Of a stretch of DNA of 64,000 nucleotides, positions 59,370 to 64,000 are shown piece by piece (the first letter of the stretch is position 1; the number at the start of each line of letters is the position of its first letter). Location of the stretch: contig CAWAMW010000017.1 in assembly GCA_963783305.1 (NCBI GenBank), positions 224,001-288,000 on the forward strand, given 5' to 3'. The position numbers were made by a program, and so were the translations under genes. This stretch comes from an uncultured Gemmatimonadales bacterium (lineage in GTDB: Bacteria > Gemmatimonadota > Gemmatimonadetes > Longimicrobiales > RSA9). The notes beneath the pieces are model-generated. The model was not told the DNA's origin and did no database searches. It saw only the letters and a program-made list of their open reading frames with translations.

Positions 59370-59996
59370 ATGAGCGAGCGGGATCGGGAGGAAGACATCC
59401 TGGATGCGGCGCACCGGGTGTTCCTGCGGCGCGGGACGGCGGCGGCGCGGATGCAGGACATCGCGGACGATGCGGGAGTGAACAAGGCGCTGCTGCACTA
59501 CTACTTCCGGACAAAGGATCAACTGGCGCAGGCGGTGTTCCGGCGAGCGTTCCAGGAGCTTCTGCCGGCGGCGCTGGGGGTACTTCAATCGGAACTGTCG
59601 CTGGAGGCGAAGGTGGAGCGGATCGTGGAGCTCTACATCGACCTTTTGACGGCGACGCCGTTCCTGCCGGGGTACGTGCTGGGTGAGCTGACGCATCATC
59701 CGGAGCGGGTGCGTGAGGTGTTCGCGTCGATCGCGGGGATGCAGCTCGGGGACGTGGGGGAGGCGGTGCGTGCGAAGCTGCGGGAGCAGCTGGCGGAGGG
59801 GTTGGAGTCCGGCTCGTTCCGGGCCATTTCGCCGGAGGACTTCCTGATGAACCTGGTGTCCATGACGATCTTCCCCTTTGCCGCGCAGCCGCTGCTGCAC
59901 CGGATCCTGGGTGTGAGCCCGGAGGGTTTCGCCGAGCTGATGGAGGAGCGCAAGCGAACGCTGCCGGAGTTCTTCATGAAGGCGCTGCGGCCATGA
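59370..59996 (+). CDS. TetR/AcrR family regulator
   Basis: ILDAAHRVF...MQDIADDAGVNKALLHYYFRTK. Confidence 0.95.
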   Translation: MSERDREEDILDAAHRVFLRRGTAAARMQDIADDAGVNKALLHYYFRTKDQLAQAVFRRAFQELLPAALGVLQSELSLEAKVERIVELYIDLLTATPFLPGYVLGELTHHPERVREVFASIAGMQLGDVGEAVRAKLREQLAEGLESGSFRAISPEDFLMNLVSMTIFPFAAQPLLHRILGVSPEGFAELMEERKRTLPEFFMKALRP

Positions 59997-61411
59997 TCGG
60001 GGAGCTCGTGGTGACCGGTCTGCTCGCGATGACGGCGGGGGCAGCCACGGCCCCGGGGCCCCGGGCATCCATGGAGTCGAGCGCGCCGTCCTGTGGCGTT
60101 CCCGGCGCGGCCGGGCTCTTGGCGTCGATCGGCGACACGGTGCCGACGCTGGGGCTGACCGAGGCCGTGGCGGCGGCGCTGGTGAGCCACCCGCGGCTGG
60201 CGGGCGCGGAGTCCCGGGTCGGGGTGGCGGAAGCGGAGGCGGGGGAAGCGCGGTCGGCGCTGCTGCCGTCGCTGGCCGTCTCCGGGGTGGCGACACGGTA
60301 CGAGGAGCCCATGGTGGTGGCGCCGCTGCACGGGTTCGATCCCACGCGGCCGCCGGAGTTCGACACGGCGCTGTACCAGGCACATGCGAGCGCGGACTAT
60401 ACGCTTTTCGATGGCGGTGCCCGCCGGGCCCGGATCCGGGGGGCTGAGGCCAGCACTGTGGCGGCGGAGGCAGCCGCGCGGTCGGCGCGGGAGTCGGTGA
60501 TTGCGGAGGCGGTGCTGTCGTACCTGACGGCGCTGACGGCGCGGGAAATCGAATTCGCGCATGGTGCGCGTGTCGAGGCGCTGGAGGCGGAGCTCGCTCG
60601 CGCGCGGCGGTTCCTGGAGGAGGGGACGGCGCCGCGTGTGGCGGTGCTGCGGACGGAAGCCGCCTTGAGCGCGGCGCAGGCGGACCGTGAAGCGGCGCGC
60701 CAGCGGCTGCTCGTGGCGCTGAGGCGACTGGAGCGCGTGACGGGACTCGGCGCCCGTGTGACGGCCGCCCGGCTGGTGGACGTGCGCGCCGCCGGAGCGG
60801 GGGTCGAGCCGAGGGACGCGCTGCTGTCGGCGGCGGCGGCTACGAGCGCGGTGGTGGCGGAGGCGCGGGCCCGGGTGACGGCTGCGGGTGCAGCGGTCGG
60901 GGCGGCCCGGTCGTCGTTCCTTCCGCGTGTGTCGCTGACCGGGCGCTACAGCGCGTTCGCGGCGGCGAGCGTGGACCCGGCAATGGAGTGGCAGGCGGGG
61001 ATGCAGCTGAGCTATCCGCTCTTCACGGGTGGAAGGCGCCTGCGGCAGGTCGAGCGGGCGAGCTCGTTGGCCGACGCGGCGCGGGCGGAGGCTGAGCTGG
61101 CGGAGCGGGCGGTGGCGGATGCGGTGGATGCGGCGCTCCAGGCGTACCTGTCGGCGCTCGCACGGGTGGAAGCGCTGGAAGCGGCCGTGACGCAATCCGC
61201 TGAAGTCGTACGAATCGAGGCGCTGGCGCTGAGCGCGGGCGCGGGCGTCCAGACCGACTACCTCGCCGCTGAGGCGGAGCTGCTCCGTGCCCGGGCGGCC
61301 CTGTCGGATGCGCGGCACGGGATGGTGGAGGCGCGGGTGCGGCTGGCGCAGGCGACGGGCCGCCTCGACATGAACTGGGTGATGGAGTTGACGGAAGAGG
61401 TGGAGCGATGA
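59993..61411 (+). CDS. TolC family outer-membrane efflux protein
   Basis: Duplicated OEP halves (LLPSLAV/FLPRVSL, YTLFDGG/YPLFTGG). Confidence 0.9.
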   Translation: MIGELVVTGLLAMTAGAATAPGPRASMESSAPSCGVPGAAGLLASIGDTVPTLGLTEAVAAALVSHPRLAGAESRVGVAEAEAGEARSALLPSLAVSGVATRYEEPMVVAPLHGFDPTRPPEFDTALYQAHASADYTLFDGGARRARIRGAEASTVAAEAAARSARESVIAEAVLSYLTALTAREIEFAHGARVEALEAELARARRFLEEGTAPRVAVLRTEAALSAAQADREAARQRLLVALRRLERVTGLGARVTAARLVDVRAAGAGVEPRDALLSAAAATSAVVAEARARVTAAGAAVGAARSSFLPRVSLTGRYSAFAAASVDPAMEWQAGMQLSYPLFTGGRRLRQVERASSLADAARAEAELAERAVADAVDAALQAYLSALARVEALEAAVTQSAEVVRIEALALSAGAGVQTDYLAAEAELLRARAALSDARHGMVEARVRLAQATGRLDMNWVMELTEEVER

Positions 61412-62418
61412 GGCGACGGATCGGGGTCGGGTTGGTGGTGGTGGCCGTGGTCGCGGTAGTGGCGATCCTGGTGCTCGGCGGAAGCGGTGACCGGGGAGCC
61501 CTGGAGGCATCCGGGACCGTGGAGGTCACGGAATCGGATCTGGGCTTCAATCTGCCGGGGCGCGTGGAATCCGTCGCTGTGCGGGAGGGCGACGCGGTGA
61601 CGGAGGGGCAGGTGCTGGCCCGGCTCGACGCCGCGGACCTGGTTGCGCGCCGTGCGGCGGCCGGCGCCCAGGTGGACGCCGCGCGCGCGGTGCTGGCCGA
61701 GATGGAAGCGGGCGGGCGCCCGGAGGACGTAGCGCAGGGGCGGGCGGCGGTGCGAGCGGCGGACCGGCGGCTGGAGGATGCGCGGCGGGACCTCGCGCGA
61801 GCGCGGCGGCTGCACGAAGGCGGCGCCATAAGCCGTGAGGCGCTGGACAAGGCGGAGACGGGACATACGGTGGCGGAAACCTCCCTGGACCAGGCCCGGG
61901 AGCAGCTGTCGGCGGTCACTGCGGGGCCGAGGGCCGAGCGCGTGGCGGCGCAGCGCGCATCGGTGCAAGGGGCGGAGGCGGCGGCGCGGGAGGTGGACGC
62001 GCGCCTCGCTCAGGCCACGGTGACGGCCCCGTTCACCGGTCGTGTAACGCTGCGACACCGGGAGCCGGGGGAGACCGTCCAGCCGGGGCAGCCGGTCGTC
62101 ACGATCATGGACCCGAACGACCGCTGGGTCCAGATCTACATCCCCGAGGATCGGATCGGAACGGTCGCCATCGGCCAGAGGGCGGTGATCACCTCCGACA
62201 GCTACCCCGACCGGGAGCACCAGGGGGAGGTGTCCTACATCGCCGGCGAAGCGGAGTTCACGCCGAGGAACGTGCAGACGCGGCAGGAGCGCGTAAAGCT
62301 GGTGTATGCCGTCCGCGTGCGGGTCCTGGACGACCCCGAGATGGTCCTGAAGCCGGGGGTCCCGGCGGACGTCGTCCTGATGGATGCCGGCACAGCGGGA
62401 GCGGCGGAATCCCCGTGA
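61408..62418 (+). CDS. HlyD/YbhG-like membrane fusion protein
   Basis: EGDAVTEGQVLARLD and AEFTPRNVQTRQERVKLVYAV motifs. Confidence 0.93.
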   Translation: MRRRIGVGLVVVAVVAVVAILVLGGSGDRGALEASGTVEVTESDLGFNLPGRVESVAVREGDAVTEGQVLARLDAADLVARRAAAGAQVDAARAVLAEMEAGGRPEDVAQGRAAVRAADRRLEDARRDLARARRLHEGGAISREALDKAETGHTVAETSLDQAREQLSAVTAGPRAERVAAQRASVQGAEAAAREVDARLAQATVTAPFTGRVTLRHREPGETVQPGQPVVTIMDPNDRWVQIYIPEDRIGTVAIGQRAVITSDSYPDREHQGEVSYIAGEAEFTPRNVQTRQERVKLVYAVRVRVLDDPEMVLKPGVPADVVLMDAGTAGAAESP

Positions 62419-63368
62419 CCGGTGCGGGGGGCGTGGTTCGCGGCGAGCCGGCGGTGCTGGCGGATGGCCTGACACGGCGGTTCGGGCAGGTCGCCGCCGT
62501 GCGAGACCTGTCGTTTCGCGTGGAGGCGGGAGAGCTGTTCGGGCTGGTGGGGCCGGATGGGGCCGGCAAGACGACCACGCTCCGGATGCTCGCCGGCGTC
62601 CTGCCTCCCACGTCGGGGGAGGCCCGGGTCGCGGGCCATTCGGTGGTGGAGCACCCGGACGGGATCCGGCCGCACATCGCGTACATGCCGCAGCGATTCG
62701 GTCTCTACGAGGACCTGACGGTGCGGGAGAACCTGGACTTCTACGCGGACCTCTACCGCGTCCCGCGAAATGAGCGGCCATCCCGGCTAGAGCGCCTGTA
62801 CGCGTTCAGCAATCTGGGCGGCTTCCAGGAGCGACTGGCGGGGAATCTGTCGGGTGGCATGAAGCAGAAGCTTTCGCTGTCCTGCGCGCTCATTCACCGG
62901 CCCGACATCCTGCTGCTGGACGAGCCGACGTTCGGTGTGGATCCGATCAGCCGGCGCGACCTGTGGCTCATCCTCCACGAGATGGTCGAGGAGGGCGTGA
63001 CCATCGTGGTCTCGACGGCGTACATGGACGAAGCGGAGCGCTGCGACCGGGTGGCCTTCCTCCACGAGGGCCGGATCCTGGCGCTGGACACACCGAGCGC
63101 GCTCCAGGCCTCGCTTCCGGGGCGGATCCTGGAGGTGCGATCGGGGGATCCGCGTACGGCGCGGGACCGGCTGAGGTCACACCCCTCCGTCCGGCGGGCG
63201 TCGCTGTTCGGCGATGCCGTCCACGCCGTGGTGGCACCGGAAACGCCGCCCGAGTCGATTCGCGAAGCGCTGGAGCGGGACGGCGTCGACGTGCGGGAGG
63301 TCCGTGTAACCGACGCATCGCTCGAGGATATCTTCATCGAGCGGGTCGAGGCGGTGGAGCATGCCTGA
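62415..63368 (+). CDS. ABC-2 type ATPase (YbhF-like)
   Basis: GPDGAGKTT, LSGGMKQK and LLDEPTFGVDP motifs. Confidence 0.94.
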   Translation: MTGAGGVVRGEPAVLADGLTRRFGQVAAVRDLSFRVEAGELFGLVGPDGAGKTTTLRMLAGVLPPTSGEARVAGHSVVEHPDGIRPHIAYMPQRFGLYEDLTVRENLDFYADLYRVPRNERPSRLERLYAFSNLGGFQERLAGNLSGGMKQKLSLSCALIHRPDILLLDEPTFGVDPISRRDLWLILHEMVEEGVTIVVSTAYMDEAERCDRVAFLHEGRILALDTPSALQASLPGRILEVRSGDPRTARDRLRSHPSVRRASLFGDAVHAVVAPETPPESIREALERDGVDVREVRVTDASLEDIFIERVEAVEHA

Positions 63369-64000
63369 CCACGAGAACGCGGCGATCCGCGCCCGCTCCC
63401 TGACGCGGACGTTCGGCGACTTCACGGCGGTGGACGACGTGAGCTTCGACGTGGCCGAGGGGGAGATCTTCGGCTTCCTGGGCCCGAACGGGGCGGGCAA
63501 GACCACCACCATCAAGATGCTGATCGGACTGCTGCGGCCTACCTCCGGCAGCGCGGTGGTGGCGGGGCTGGATGTCACCACGCCCGGGAACGCGCTGCGG
63601 CAGCGGATTGGCTACATGTCGCAGAAGTTCTCCCTGTACCCGGACCTGACCGTGGACGAGAACATCGAGCTGTTCGCCGGGCTGTACGGGGTTACCGGCG
63701 AGCGGTACCGGGAGCGGAAGTCGTGGGTCCTGCGGATGGCGGATCTGGAGGAGCGTTCGGGGCGCCTCACGAGCGATCTCCCGCTGGGCTGGAAGCAGCG
63801 CCTCGCACTGGGGTGCGCGGTCCTGCACGAGCCGCCCATCCTGCTGCTGGACGAGCCCACATCGGGCGTGGACCCGCTGGCCCGGCGCAGGTTCTGGGAC
63901 CTCATCGACGCGCTCTCCGCGACGGGCACGACCGTCCTGGTGAGCACGCACTACATGGAGGAGGCGGAGTACTGCCATCGCCTGGCACTCATGAACCGCG
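63361..64000 (+). CDS. Second ABC ATPase (cut by the window edge)
   Basis: My translation: MPDHENAAIRA...GPNGAGKTT...LPLGWKQRL...LDEPTSGVDP...STHYMEEAE. Confidence 0.92.
   Translation, partial: MPDHENAAIRARSLTRTFGDFTAVDDVSFDVAEGEIFGFLGPNGAGKTTTIKMLIGLLRPTSGSAVVAGLDVTTPGNALRQRIGYMSQKFSLYPDLTVDENIELFAGLYGVTGERYRERKSWVLRMADLEERSGRLTSDLPLGWKQRLALGCAVLHEPPILLLDEPTSGVDPLARRRFWDLIDALSATGTTVLVSTHYMEEAEYCHRLALMNR

Overview
High-GC bacterial chromosomal window with no rRNA, tRNA, CRISPR or transposase that I could see. Gene content and the lineage-type hypotheticals suggest Gemmatimonadota, which is an inference. Most of it is core genome: FNR and a DivK-like regulator, mlaEFD-lysC-asd, rho, speA, dodecin, gyrB-dciA(DUF721)-recF, ssb, beta-oxidation enzymes, leuB-like dehydrogenase, a cytochrome c/cupredoxin pair, mrdA with TPR genes, an HD-GYP/NtrC pair, a compact chemosensory operon (cheA-cheY-cheW-MCP-HEAT-cheR-cheB-hybrid kinase) and a TetR-TolC-HlyD-ABC efflux operon. 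Three unexplained features stand out. (1) An AT-rich interval at about 28.26-28.70 kb holds a phased array of four DnaA-box-like 9-mers (oriC or DnaA-titration candidate with no dnaA nearby), flanked by two divergent uncharacterised genes that appear to share a 'PLPx[FY]ExWxxxY' domain. (2) A free-standing minus-strand unit at about 57.52-57.86 kb has a promoter, a structured leader, a 12-nt match to the 16S anti-SD, a 21-codon ORF and a terminator. (3) A lipoprotein-type ORF runs antisense into speA.
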